DNA of 63,244 bases, filler included, from Stramenopiles sp. TOSAG23-3 (Eukaryota): the NCBI GenBank assembly GCA_900128585.1. It is 4 parts of 4 records of this genome, joined end to end, with 100 filler letters (N's around TTAATTAATTAA, not from the genome) between each part and the next. Parts side by side here need not be neighbours in the genome. Positions count along the whole stretch, not along the records: positions 15,865 to 31,624 come from LT642512.1; 3 more parts are not named here. One strand, given 5' to 3'. Below, piece after piece: positions 19,997-30,332 of the stretch; the stretch's first letter is position 1; the number at the start of each line of letters is the position of its first letter. Below the pieces are notes generated by a model, which saw nothing but the letters and a program-made list of their open reading frames with translations, had not been told where the DNA came from and ran no database searches. Position numbers and translations under genes: made by a program.

Positions 19997-22141
19997 TCAA
20001 AAGTCGTACACGTCGTCCTCTTCCTCCTCGATGACGCCGTCAAACGCCGAGTGACCCGGCACCTTTATGGAGGTTTTGGGGCCAGAATGGTAATTGATTT
20101 CTTCGCTCGCTGGCACATCGTCCGATTGGCCTTCCGTGGAAGTCTCTGGGCCCTTCTCCTTCGGGGCAAGGGATTCTTTAGGGGACCGTTGTGATTTTTT
20201 GCTCTTCGGGGACGACTCCCCCCCCGTCTTCTCTACGCCTTTCTTTATGCTATTCTTCCACTTCTTGATCTTTTTTCGAAGCTTCTTGTTTGAAACCAGG
20301 TCAACTGCCGCAAGGGGCTGCCCTGTCTTTGGGCAACGGTTTTGGTAGTCGTTCATGTACTCTATTATTGCCGCCCGCTCGTACGTCAAGCCGTACGGGG
20401 TGCTGACCGGGTCTTTCATCAGCTTCATCGTCAGTGGGCACGTAAACTCTGCCGGGGTGATTGAATTCGCGATTGCTTCCTTGTACAAACGGCGCTTTCT
20501 CCGCTTGTCTTTCCGTTCATTCTGCAAGCGCGCATTTGCGGCCTCCTCTATCATTTCCTGCTTTCTCTGCTGCCGCCATTCTTGGATTTTTGCCTCGTCG
20601 GAAACCTTCGCTTCCTCTACCTCTGCCAGCCGCCGAGCGTTGGGGGAGGTGTCCAATAGCGGGAGGGCCCCCAGCAGTCTAAAGTCGGACCCGTCCGTGC
20701 CGCCGACAACGGGGGACTTTTTTCGCCCGCCGGACGACCCGTTCGATCCTTCGCCAGCGTCCCCGTCGCCCTTGCTCGGGGTCTTGTACGTTCTCCCGTC
20801 CTTCAGCGCCTCCAGCTCTTCGTCCGTCCCCAAGGCCGCTTCCTTGAGGCCATCTTCCTCGCTGTCGCTGTCCGACGACAGAATCGTGGAGCTCCGCGCA
20901 CGGTTCCCACGATTCTGCATCAGCCTCTCCTTGTTCGCCGCCACCAACGCGTACCGCTCTTCTAGGGATCCGTCGAAGTCCTTGAAGTCTTTCAGAAGTA
21001 TCCGTGTGCTTGGCGACGTGCCGAAGTCAAAGACGGTCTTGCCGTCCTTCGCCTTCAAGCTCGTGTCTGCCCCGTAGCTGAGCAAGAGCGCGACGATGTC
21101 GTCGTGAAAAAAGTACGCCGCCTCCATCAGCGGGGTCCAGCCCCCTACGGAATCCTGGTGGTCAATGGCCGCGCCTGCACCGATTAACATTTTTACGATG
21201 CGAGAGTGGCCGTACCGCGCGCTTTTCGCCAGTGGGGTCAGCGGGTGCGCGGGAATGACCGCGCCAGAGGGGCACTCCTCGTCCAGGTCGCCGGTCGCAC
21301 TTATCAACAGGTGCGCTATTTCCGAGAACCCCCGGTAGCACACCTCGTGCAGGGGCGACTGCCCCAGGGAATTCCTGGAGTTCACAGTGGCCCCAGCCTG
21401 GATCAGGGCGTCGACGGTTTCGTAGATGCCGTACGCGCTCGCGACATGCAGCGGGGTGTACCTGTTGGCGAGGGATCCTGGCCCTTTCTTCGTCGTCAAG
21501 TTCAGGCTCTCGCCGCGCTTCAAAATTTCTTGGATCAACGCCTTGGCCGCCTCGACCATGTCGATGGAATGCGCGCAGGCGTGCAAGGGGGTCCACCCGT
21601 CCTTGTTCGGCTCGTTCACCGTCCGCAGCTTTACCGTGCCGACTTCGGGCACCACAACAATAAATGCCGGCTTCGGGCCTGGCCTATTCCTTCTGGCAGC
21701 CTTCACTTCTGCAGAGGGGGAAATGGTCCCTTTAAAGACGAACACGCCACTGTCCCCCTCCCCGTCTTCGTCTTCGCCTGCCTTGGCCCCGCCCTCCTCG
21801 GCGCTGCTCCCTCCACCCTGGGCCCCTTTTCTGGGGCCGCCCCCCCCGGCGTTCCTTCCTTCCTCAGTCAACCGGAACTGCTTCAGTTCTGTTCGCAATG
21901 CCCTAAGGGCCTTGATCTCTTCGTCTTCGGTGTCAGATCCGGAATCGGACCGACCCCCTCCAAAGTCGCTCTCGTTCAACGGCATCTCAAAGTCAAAAAT
22001 TGAGTACATGTCCGGGAACTTTATGAAACGGGGGTTGAGGCCCATGAGCATCGAGGTGCACGCAATAACGCTTTCCAGGTCGCGAACTACCTTTTGCGCC
22101 TCTTCGAGACCCCCAAGGTCTTGTGAAATTCCCCCTCCCAT
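19997..22141 (-). CDS. Ankyrin-repeat U-box protein (putative E3 ligase)
   Basis: GWTPLH, YTPLHVAS, QSPLHE, TPLAKSA, WTPLMEA ankyrin repeats; U-box PAEFTCPLTMKLMKDPVSTPYGLTYERAAI...CPKTGQPL. Confidence 0.92.
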   Translation of the reverse strand: MGGGISQDLGGLEEAQKVVRDLESVIACTSMLMGLNPRFIKFPDMYSIFDFEMPLNESDFGGGRSDSGSDTEDEEIKALRALRTELKQFRLTEEGRNAGGGGPRKGAQGGGSSAEEGGAKAGEDEDGEGDSGVFVFKGTISPSAEVKAARRNRPGPKPAFIVVVPEVGTVKLRTVNEPNKDGWTPLHACAHSIDMVEAAKALIQEILKRGESLNLTTKKGPGSLANRYTPLHVASAYGIYETVDALIQAGATVNSRNSLGQSPLHEVCYRGFSEIAHLLISATGDLDEECPSGAVIPAHPLTPLAKSARYGHSRIVKMLIGAGAAIDHQDSVGGWTPLMEAAYFFHDDIVALLLSYGADTSLKAKDGKTVFDFGTSPSTRILLKDFKDFDGSLEERYALVAANKERLMQNRGNRARSSTILSSDSDSEEDGLKEAALGTDEELEALKDGRTYKTPSKGDGDAGEGSNGSSGGRKKSPVVGGTDGSDFRLLGALPLLDTSPNARRLAEVEEAKVSDEAKIQEWRQQRKQEMIEEAANARLQNERKDKRRKRRLYKEAIANSITPAEFTCPLTMKLMKDPVSTPYGLTYERAAIIEYMNDYQNRCPKTGQPLAAVDLVSNKKLRKKIKKWKNSIKKGVEKTGGESSPKSKKSQRSPKESLAPKEKGPETSTEGQSDDVPASEEINYHSGPKTSIKVPGHSAFDGVIEEEEDDVYDF

Positions 22142-23244
22142 GTTTTCCCCAAACTAATTCGAAAGCGATGGACTGGGGGAAAGCAGGAAGGGGGGGGGAA
22201 CGTACGCGCCGGACTTTTCACCCCTTCCTTAGTTGGTCGTTTGGTGGTATTTGCTTCCAACTCGTAAGCAGTCCCTGGGCAAAGGAGTACTAAACAAACA
22301 AAAGACAAAATACAGAATACAAAGAATTTATATTTGAATATAAACCCTCTTTTTCTCGTTGATTCCCTTTCTTCTTATTCCTTTTCTTCTTATTCCTTTT
22401 ACAATAATTTACAAGGTAAAGGAAACAGTTTTAGTATAGGTAATACAGAAGTCCTTTTGCCAATTTCTTTTCTTTCTTCACTATATTTTATTAATTAATT
22501 TTTCTTCTACTAGTCTAACTCTAACTCTCCACTCCTCCTCGTAGTACAATACAAAGAAGAGCACGATGATTGCGGCGCTGTCGTCGTGAAGGTGAAGGTG
22601 ATAAAATAAAGTTGAGTTTTTTTTTAATTTATCAAAAATTCCGTATTCGGGATTAAATAATGTACTTCTACTTAATAATATATTTTTAGTATATGTTATA
22701 CTGATATAAATGTATGTATTAATATACCATTATACATTTTAAGGATGATTTAGTATTCAAAACAAAAGGAGCTGAAAAGTTGAAGATATAAATAACGGTG
22801 GCAAAGGAAAGAGGAAAGGCAAGGAAGGAAAAAAGGAAAAAAAAAAAAAAAGGGCAAAGAAGAGCAAAGAGTGACTCCTCAGAGAGAGGAGAGAAGAGAG
22901 AAGAGGAGGAGGAGGAGGGGAGGTGAAGGAAGGAAGAAGGTGCGTGTGGAAATTATTATTATATTTTACAATAAATAATATATAATAAGTCAAAAACTTA
23001 ATTTATTTATCATACCTAAGAAAATGGCAAATTTTGAAACATAAGTTAAGAAACAAAACTGTCGTATAATAAATTATAAGAGAATTAAGCATTTTTTTAT
23101 ATCTATATAAAAAACCAAAATATTTAGAATAAAAATATATTTATAGTATAGTTCATGGGGGAATTCTAGTATTTTTTTACCGATGGACCCTTGAACAACA
23201 TATTGTACAACAAAATAATAATCAATATGTATGGAAAAAATAAT

Positions 23245-23370
23245 GCAGTCCATGAAGGAACGTAAACCTTATGGACAAAAGGAGCAGAGATTCACATTTT
23301 CGTGGTACATGAAGAGCATTACAAGTTTTGAAATTAATTTAAAATAACTGCCGGTTTTTGTTTTTAAAAT
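23245..23370 (+). repeat. Dispersed intergenic element, copy 3
   Basis: CATGAAGGAACGTAAACCTTATGGACAAAAGGAGCAGA...TTTTCGTGGTACATGA...AAAATAACTGCCGGTTTTTGTTTTT. Aligns with 46803-46863. Confidence 0.85.
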
Positions 23371-23698
23371 AAACTACGACGTAATTAAGAATTAAGTTCA
23401 GTTTTGTTCTTTTCAATATTAAGTATTTCCACCGCTGAACTTGCGTTCCGTTGTTCTCCCCCTCCACCTTTACAAAGTAATTTGTATTTGCCGTTCAACA
23501 CAACTTGGGTCTTTTCATCGGTGAGAACTATTTTGTACCAGGCCGACAATGCAGGAAAACCTTCGACCGTATCTGCAGGCTATGTAATGCCATTTTGGTT
23601 ATTGGTACTCTTATTGTCACAGATTGAACAAATGTTTTTCTTCATCCAGATTTCATTTTCCAGGAAGATGAAAAAAAACTTATTGCACATTACTTTAC

Positions 23699-24301
23699 TC
23701 AAAGAAAAAATGTTTGGAAATATCCATGGGTAAAAGCTTGGAATCCGATACCACCGCCAACACCGGCCACGACCATCAATAGCATGGTGTGCTTCATTCG
23801 CTTTGCTTTTACTTTTTTCTCCCAGATGCCAAGGCTTTCGCCATCGACGCATTCGATGCCTTCCGCGTGGGAGCGACACCGCGGTGTAAACTTGCTGGTC
23901 GTGACAAATATGCCCTTTGAATCCTTTATCCCATTCAGCCCCAAGACCGCCTTGAACTTTGCGACGTCTTCCAAGGGGACCGACCCGCTGTAATTCTTGC
24001 ACTCGACGTACATGCGGCCCGTTGCGACCGGGAACCACGACGGGTACCGGTCAAATGTCACGTCTATTTCCGACCTATTCCCGTGCCGGTCTACCAGCAC
24101 CACGTTCCGCTTAACGTTGTACCGGCCCTCCTTCTTCAGAAGCCTCGCGACCCGCCGTTCGAGCGCGACGCCCTTCTCGCGGTTGGCCTGGCCCCTTCGT
24201 GCTTTGTTCGAACCGTGGCGAGAGAGTTCGAGGGGAAAACCGAGGCGACGGGGACGCCGCACCGTCGTCCAAAGCCGTGACCATGCCCTACCACCCATCA
24301 T
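23699..24301 (-). CDS. Mrr-like PD-(D/E)xK endonuclease with putative mitochondrial presequence and C-terminal TM anchor
   Basis: KGVALERRVARLL, SEIDV, YVECKNY, V...DV.KF, GIFVTTSKFT. Arg-rich N-terminus with no acidic residue in the first ~23 aa; hydrophobic C-terminus MLLMVVAGVGGGIGF. Confidence 0.82.
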   Translation of the reverse strand: MMGGRAWSRLWTTVRRPRRLGFPLELSRHGSNKARRGQANREKGVALERRVARLLKKEGRYNVKRNVVLVDRHGNRSEIDVTFDRYPSWFPVATGRMYVECKNYSGSVPLEDVAKFKAVLGLNGIKDSKGIFVTTSKFTPRCRSHAEGIECVDGESLGIWEKKVKAKRMKHTMLLMVVAGVGGGIGFQAFTHGYFQTFFL

Positions 24302-24303
24302 GG

Positions 24304-24561
24304 TTAGAGTTTTCTCGCCTTGTCCGAACAAGTTTTGAAATTGTCACGAATTAGTGTCAAGTTTGCGTCGAGTTTCTTCAGCATAGCCGGGTCCTTGACT
24401 TTCTGCGACAACAGCCTGGCGTTCTCCTCCAACAGCTCTTGGTTGGTATACACCTCTTCTGGAACTTTATCAACTATTGCAATCTGAGTATTTAATAATA
24501 TCCTCGAAGCTTTAAGGTCCACGGAAGATGTATCTGAGGGCACACGGTCAACCAGGGACAT
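24304..24561 (-). CDS. Hypothetical 85-aa protein (upstream ORF of a putative bicistron)
   Basis: ATG 24561 to TAA 24304. Coding-like GC content, helical composition (MSLVDRVPSD...KTCSDKARKL), directly follows the AT-rich promoter spacer. Confidence 0.6.
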   Translation of the reverse strand: MSLVDRVPSDTSSVDLKASRILLNTQIAIVDKVPEEVYTNQELLEENARLLSQKVKDPAMLKKLDANLTLIRDNFKTCSDKARKL

Positions 24562-25056
24562 ACTACGGGAACGGATTGGACGGACGGGTAGGGCGACGAA
24601 CAACTACTTTATACAAATTAAAACGCAGCAACGCCACGCCGAAGTATGAAATCAAATCAAGCCAGAAAAAATTCAACAATCCCGATCACTCAGAACTTGA
24701 AAAGGAAAAGTGATGAACAAGAAAAAGAACAGATATTGGCAGCAGTTATTGTCGTTTCAAATAATTATAGAATTAAAAAAGGATTATATATGTTTTTTGT
24801 AGAAGAGACGCGAAATTAAGATCGATCATCGAAGAAGAATAATAATTTTTTATTAATAATTATTATTAAAAAAAAAAAATAATAAAAAATAATAATGATG
24901 TGATGATGGTGGGTAGGTTGGAATGGTATTTTTGATGTCTTTTTTTATTGTTTTTTTTTGTCTTGTTATTATTATTCCTAATTAGACGACTATAATTGGA
25001 ATAATAGATTTGAGAATTTTTTAGAAGATGCGGCGGAAGAAGAAGAATTCAACATT

Positions 25057-25225
25057 CTTTTTTCTTTCTTTTCTTTTCTTTTCTTTTTCTTTTCTTTTCT
25101 TTTCTTTCTTTCTTTTCTTTTCTTTTCTTTTCTTTTCTTTTCTTTTCTTTTCTTTTCTTTTCTTTTCTTTTCTTTTCTTTCTCTTTTCTTTTCTTTTCTT
25201 TTCTTTCTCTTTTCTCACTTTCTTC
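25057..25225. repeat. (TTTTC)n pyrimidine microsatellite
   Basis: Direct reading. Confidence 0.95.
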
Positions 25226-26189
25226 TAGAATAGCTCATAATACCTCCCTCTGTAATAAAACTCAATTTCGGTGATTCCATTGAATGCACCCAACCCTCCT
25301 CGTAGAGTGAAATCAATGTTTTCTATTTAAGACTAAATTAAAATTATTACTCCTCCTTTATCTGGTGGTGTGACATGTGACGATGTGAGTCGTCCTCGAC
25401 CAATTCGTATTTTTTATCACCTATCATTCATATTTAATTTTATTTATTTTTTAGATACCAAGTACAGTGTTAAAACCATGGAATTAATATATTAATACGA
25501 ACGACACAAAGTAATTAAAGAGTCATCCTCGTAATTTTTAACTTCGTAGACTACTAACTAACTACTGTAGGACTAATCTATAATTTAAAATCAGTCTAAA
25601 ATGTATAGCTAGACTAATAATAGCTTCTGTATTAAATTTAAAATAGCTCTAAGTACGTAGACTACGAGAACTGTACCTCCATAGCTCTAATAAATAGACT
25701 AAATAGTTCCTATTATACATACTCATTAAAATACTTATAGCTATTCTAGAATACGAAATCCTATTGAATATGAATGGATTCAATTTCTACATATCAAAAA
25801 AATAAAATTAAAAAAAATAAAAAAAAAACAAAAAGACAAATAAAAAAAAAAAAAATTAAAAGAAGAAAGAAGAAGAAGAAAGAGAAGAAAGAAGAAGAAG
25901 AAAAAAAAAGAAAGAAAAAGATACCATCATGAAATATATATATAGACGACTAATAAATAACAGAGTTACGAGTTACGACTTAAGAATGGAAAAATGGAGA
26001 TTGAAACGAAAAATATTCAGAGTCAGAGATCGTTTCAGATCGTGTTTGATTTTTTGTGTGTGCCTGTGTGTCTGTGTCTGTGTGCACTGTCTTTGGGTGC
26101 ATAAGTGGGAACGAACGAACGGTTGAAACAGTTTGGAAACGCGACGACTGTTTAGCGTCGCATCATCGAACGAACGGAACGTGCAAACC

Positions 26190-29100
26190 ATGCTTCAAGG
26201 TGGTGGAAAGATGATGATCCGGCTTGGCGGCAAGCAGAACATCAGGGCAGGCCCAAGCAGCGCGGACAATGGGAACGACGACGACCAGTCCAGCGGTTCG
26301 GACGAGGAAACCCCTGGCACGGAGGGGCAGGGCGGCGGCGCGTCGAACGGTCTGTCGAAGTTTAAGCCCGTCGTGATAAGCAAGCGGACGCGGTACAAAC
26401 CCAAGCCGGGCGACAGCGGCAGGGGGGAAGTAGAAGTTTATAGTTATAGCCAGATACAGAACAGGATGAAGGACAAGCACTACCGTACCCAGACCCAGGA
26501 CGACCTGAAGCACGTCAAGATAAACCAGCGAAAAACGCATGAGTCCTCGGACGTCTTGGAGCTGGAGGTTGCGAAGGAGGAGGACCTGGACGCTGTGGTG
26601 GTGGTGGGGGCAGGCGGCAAAGAGGGGAAGATGGAGGACGAGAGCGCCCGGTTCGTCCCATACGACGAGGGCGAGGCCAAAACGAGGGACGGCGGGGCGT
26701 CGAGCAAGCCCGCCGCCCCCACGCGCGTGCTGACGCGACGGAGGCGGAAGGCGGAGCCGGTTAAGGAAGTCGGCCTTCAAGAGATGCTTGCCAACAGCAG
26801 CGGCGAGGAAGAAGAGGGGGCACTGTACGGTGTCCAGTGCAGCAACTGGGAAGACCAGGTGCTCTGGGGGGACGAGCAGGAAGAGGAGGCAAAGAACAGT
26901 CTCTCGGGGGGGGGGGGGGGGGGGGCCAGCCCGAACGCCGTCGAATGCGTCGGGGTCAACCGGGCGCTGAATGGCCCCGGCTGGTTGAAAGGGATCGTCT
27001 GGGACGATTCCTGGGACGACCGAACAAAGCCTACATTTGAGGTCCGCATCGATCCCACCGACCGGTCACTGCTGATGCAACCGACCAAAGCGCTGCGCAG
27101 TTACGCCGAGCGCGTTGCGGGCGGGCGGTCCCGGGCGGCCCTTGGCGCCGGGGCGGGCGGGGGAAGCACGCTGGAGGAAGAAGAGAGCGAGAGTGGGTTG
27201 GAGCGGCTCGTCAACAAAAATAGAATCCACTACCAGCTTATCGAAGTGTACCGCCAGAGCAACCTGGCCCCACATGAATTAAGGGGGAACTTCACCTTCA
27301 ACAAGGCGAAGCTGCCCATTCGCCACGCGGAAGCGGCCATGCGATTCTTGGACTTGGGGAAAGACCCCAACACGTTCCAATACAGGCAGAAACTTCCGCT
27401 GTACCGCCTTCAAAGCAGGGTCACCAATGGGAGCAAAGACCTCCACGAGCACACCATGCGAGTGATCCCGGGCCGGCCGTTCAACCTGCCCATGGAAGAG
27501 GTGGCCCTCGCGGAGCGAGAAAGTTTGCATGCGCATAGCAAGCAGCAAGGGGAGATCGTCCTTTTCGAGTACTTGGAAGAGTCCCCGATCCTTCTGAACG
27601 AAAAGGGCATGGGCGCCACGGTCGTGCACTATGACATGAGAGCCCGGAAACCTAAAGGCAAAGGGTCGGAGCCGATCTCCTCGGCGCCCGACCACCAGCG
27701 GAAACAGGACGGAGAGGCCTGGGGCCAACAGTACGGCCACGCTGCAAAGCTTGATGAAAAGAGCCACAACACTTTTCCACTGCTGGGGAGCGAAAACGTA
27801 AGAAAGGGCGTCGTAGACTCCGTGCTGTGGACCAACCTCGCGCGGGCGCGCGTCAAGCTTCAGCCACCCTCGAAGACGGACTTTTTGGTGTCCGTCCGGG
27901 CGAAGCGGGCGGACGGCAAGAAGAAGAAAAAACTGGGGGGAAAAGCAACGGTGTGGCCGCTCCCGCCAGTGTTTGCGGTTGGCCAGCAAGAGTATGTGCG
28001 GACACCGGGCCGGGGGGGGAACCAACTTCGCTCGTTTCAAAAGAACTTCTTGAAGCACCAGCTGTTCAAAAAAATTCAAAAGCAGGTTGCGAATCAAGAT
28101 AAGTACAGCCCCAAAGCTCGCTTTCAGGTATCGGAAGAAAAACTCAAGGCGGACTTCCCGCTCTCCTTGGCCCTTTTCACCAGCGCCTACAAGAGTGCAA
28201 AATCCTTCGTGTTCGAACTGAAAAAGGGCGAACACACCAGAACCCTCCGAGAGAATTTCCAAAAGAACCTGGACGAACACATCAAGGATATTGAAAAAGA
28301 GATTAATTTGGAAGACTTTTGCCTGCACAAGTCGATGCTGGAAGCACTCCATCGGTTCCAGGCGTTGACGCTCATGAGCCCCTCGTTCTTTCGGGAGGTA
28401 TTGAACAAGAACCCGCAGAGCGCGAACATTATTTTGGACCCGTTGAAGGGTCCCCTGCGGCTCCTGATGAACATTCAAAAGCGGCGCGAGAATCGCGTCA
28501 ACTATTTGCGGAGGGAGTACCAAAAAACCCAGCGGCAAACGGGTTTTTTCGATTTGAGCGTGTACGAGAAGCGAATAACAGCGGTGGATGCCGCAGTCCA
28601 GCGGGGCAGGCAGGAGATCGACTGTGTCAAGATGTTCGTTGCTGCGCTCCAGACTTACCCAGAAAAGGTCGTGAACAGTTTTTACAACTGTCACGTGTGG
28701 GCGAAAAGGGCGAGTAAAAAGAACAGCAAGTCATTGCGAATCCGACTGAACGGGCCCGGAAACCCCTTCGGGGTTCACAACGCCGGGTTCAGCTACGTCG
28801 TCGACGAGGGCGATGGGGGGGGCGACAAGGTCGGCGCGTCCAAAACACTTCATTCTGGCCAGCGAGGAGGCTACGAGAGTGTCAGGGTGCTGAACAAGCG
28901 AAAGTACCATCAGCTGAGAAACATCCTTATGAATGAGCTCGGGCAGGACGAGAAGAAATTAGAAAGTATCAAAAGTAAAGAGGGCTTGATCAAGATGATC
29001 CAAAAGCTCCGCTCGGACGTGGCGGCAGAAAATGAAAACCAACCCGGGCGGCTCGAACGGAAAGACCACATAGACCAAATCGTCGAAAACCAAAGGCGCC

Positions 29101-29867
29101 TGCTTGCGGGGAAACTGACGCTGAGCGAAGAGGAAATAGGGGCAGCGACGGGCGGGGACGGGGAAACTTCCAAGCCCCAAAGCGGCGGCGCGTCGAAGTC
29201 TCCGCCGCAGGGAATGGACTGGACCGGGCTGAAGCCGAGTGGGAACGATTTGGACGGTACAAAAGAAGAGGAGGGGGTCCTATATATCCTCAACGAGTTT
29301 TGGACGCGAAACCCCAGCCGGAAACCCAAGTTTGCCCAGCGTGAGTCAAAAAATCGGCAAGCCACGAACCAAAGCAGGCAGCAAAGCATGCTCCGGAAGA
29401 TGAACGTCGAAACGAAGAAGATGAAGAACCAATGGGTACGAACGATGAAAACAACCTATGACGAAGCGGGGCGAATAAAGCGGTGCACCGTCACCTTTCG
29501 CAAGCAAAACGCAACCGACAACGAAGACAAGGAAGCTGGGCGGCAGCGAGAAAAGAGACGGGATGGACTTTTAAAGTACGAGCCTGGAATGGAGCTGGTC
29601 TTCAAGAAAAAAAGGGCGCGTGGAAGCAGAGCTACGACTCTCTTGCTCAATTCAAAGACGACTAGTAAAAGCCGGGCGGGGGGGCGACTGTTGATTAAAG
29701 TGGACAAGAGTGTTCGACGAAGCCAGTCCAACAGCCGCACCTTTGCGCCACCCCCGAAGAAAAAGAAGAAAAGTGTGTCGAACAGCAACGAGTACGAGCG
29801 GCAGTATCAGAAAGTCCCTAAGCGTAGAAAGACTTGGAAAACGTTGTCACAAAGCTGGCCGGGCTGA
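26190..29867 (+). CDS. TAF1: TFIID subunit 1 (TAF1)-like, main ORF
   Basis: TAF1 central-domain motifs GEIVLFEYLEESPILLNEKGMG, TNLARA...TDFLV, FAVGQQE, LNGPGNPFG...GFSYV. First ATG at 26190. Confidence 0.8.
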   Translation: MLQGGGKMMIRLGGKQNIRAGPSSADNGNDDDQSSGSDEETPGTEGQGGGASNGLSKFKPVVISKRTRYKPKPGDSGRGEVEVYSYSQIQNRMKDKHYRTQTQDDLKHVKINQRKTHESSDVLELEVAKEEDLDAVVVVGAGGKEGKMEDESARFVPYDEGEAKTRDGGASSKPAAPTRVLTRRRRKAEPVKEVGLQEMLANSSGEEEEGALYGVQCSNWEDQVLWGDEQEEEAKNSLSGGGGGGASPNAVECVGVNRALNGPGWLKGIVWDDSWDDRTKPTFEVRIDPTDRSLLMQPTKALRSYAERVAGGRSRAALGAGAGGGSTLEEEESESGLERLVNKNRIHYQLIEVYRQSNLAPHELRGNFTFNKAKLPIRHAEAAMRFLDLGKDPNTFQYRQKLPLYRLQSRVTNGSKDLHEHTMRVIPGRPFNLPMEEVALAERESLHAHSKQQGEIVLFEYLEESPILLNEKGMGATVVHYDMRARKPKGKGSEPISSAPDHQRKQDGEAWGQQYGHAAKLDEKSHNTFPLLGSENVRKGVVDSVLWTNLARARVKLQPPSKTDFLVSVRAKRADGKKKKKLGGKATVWPLPPVFAVGQQEYVRTPGRGGNQLRSFQKNFLKHQLFKKIQKQVANQDKYSPKARFQVSEEKLKADFPLSLALFTSAYKSAKSFVFELKKGEHTRTLRENFQKNLDEHIKDIEKEINLEDFCLHKSMLEALHRFQALTLMSPSFFREVLNKNPQSANIILDPLKGPLRLLMNIQKRRENRVNYLRREYQKTQRQTGFFDLSVYEKRITAVDAAVQRGRQEIDCVKMFVAALQTYPEKVVNSFYNCHVWAKRASKKNSKSLRIRLNGPGNPFGVHNAGFSYVVDEGDGGGDKVGASKTLHSGQRGGYESVRVLNKRKYHQLRNILMNELGQDEKKLESIKSKEGLIKMIQKLRSDVAAENENQPGRLERKDHIDQIVENQRRLLAGKLTLSEEEIGAATGGDGETSKPQSGGASKSPPQGMDWTGLKPSGNDLDGTKEEEGVLYILNEFWTRNPSRKPKFAQRESKNRQATNQSRQQSMLRKMNVETKKMKNQWVRTMKTTYDEAGRIKRCTVTFRKQNATDNEDKEAGRQREKRRDGLLKYEPGMELVFKKKRARGSRATTLLLNSKTTSKSRAGGRLLIKVDKSVRRSQSNSRTFAPPPKKKKKSVSNSNEYERQYQKVPKRRKTWKTLSQSWPG

Positions 29868-30178
29868 AGTACGAGACTTTCAGGGTAGACGCTTTGTTTT
29901 GGCTTCCGGTCATTAAGCAATGGCCGCAGATTGAAATCGACTATTTAGCAAAGTTAAAAGCGAGCAACCTGAAACCCATGGACTTGTCAACGATGCAGAA
30001 GAAGTGCTACAAAAAGAAGTACAACCATAGGGACGAGTTCATGACAGACGTCGGAGCGATTTCCTCCGCCTGCGAGGCTTACAACCGAAACACGCCGGGG
30101 GATGCGCAAAAGTTCATTACCATGAGCAAGTGGATGGTCGAGAAAGCCGAGGAAGTTCTTAAAAATTTCAACATGTAG
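29828..30178 (+). CDS. TAF1: Bromodomain, probably the C-terminus of TAF1, in the -1 frame
   Basis: FWLPV...DY...KPMDLSTMQKK...KY...EFMTDV..I...CEAYN. No ATG before the domain; overlaps the end of the TAF1 ORF. Confidence 0.75.
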   Translation, partial: KDLENVVTKLAGLKYETFRVDALFWLPVIKQWPQIEIDYLAKLKASNLKPMDLSTMQKKCYKKKYNHRDEFMTDVGAISSACEAYNRNTPGDAQKFITMSKWMVEKAEEVLKNFNM

Positions 30179-30332
30179 TTGACTGATGCATTAAGTAAGA
30201 TAAAATGTTAAGAACTATGTAAAAAACCGCTGCGTGCACGCTACGAATTTCTTCCCAGTAACTCATGCTAAGACGTAAGAAATAATTTGTTCCCCAAAAA
30301 TTAAACGCGTGTATACCATTGTCACCTGTTCC

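Noticed and set aside
22087-22308. ORF overlapping the start of the ankyrin/U-box gene as a second bicistron
   Set aside because: It has no ATG start and a low-complexity, UTR-like sequence.
27279-28694. Long antisense or alternative-frame ORFs (471 aa here; also 20355-21077, 21206-22157, 2963-4248)
   Set aside because: Shadow ORFs of GC-rich genes with no recognisable motifs.
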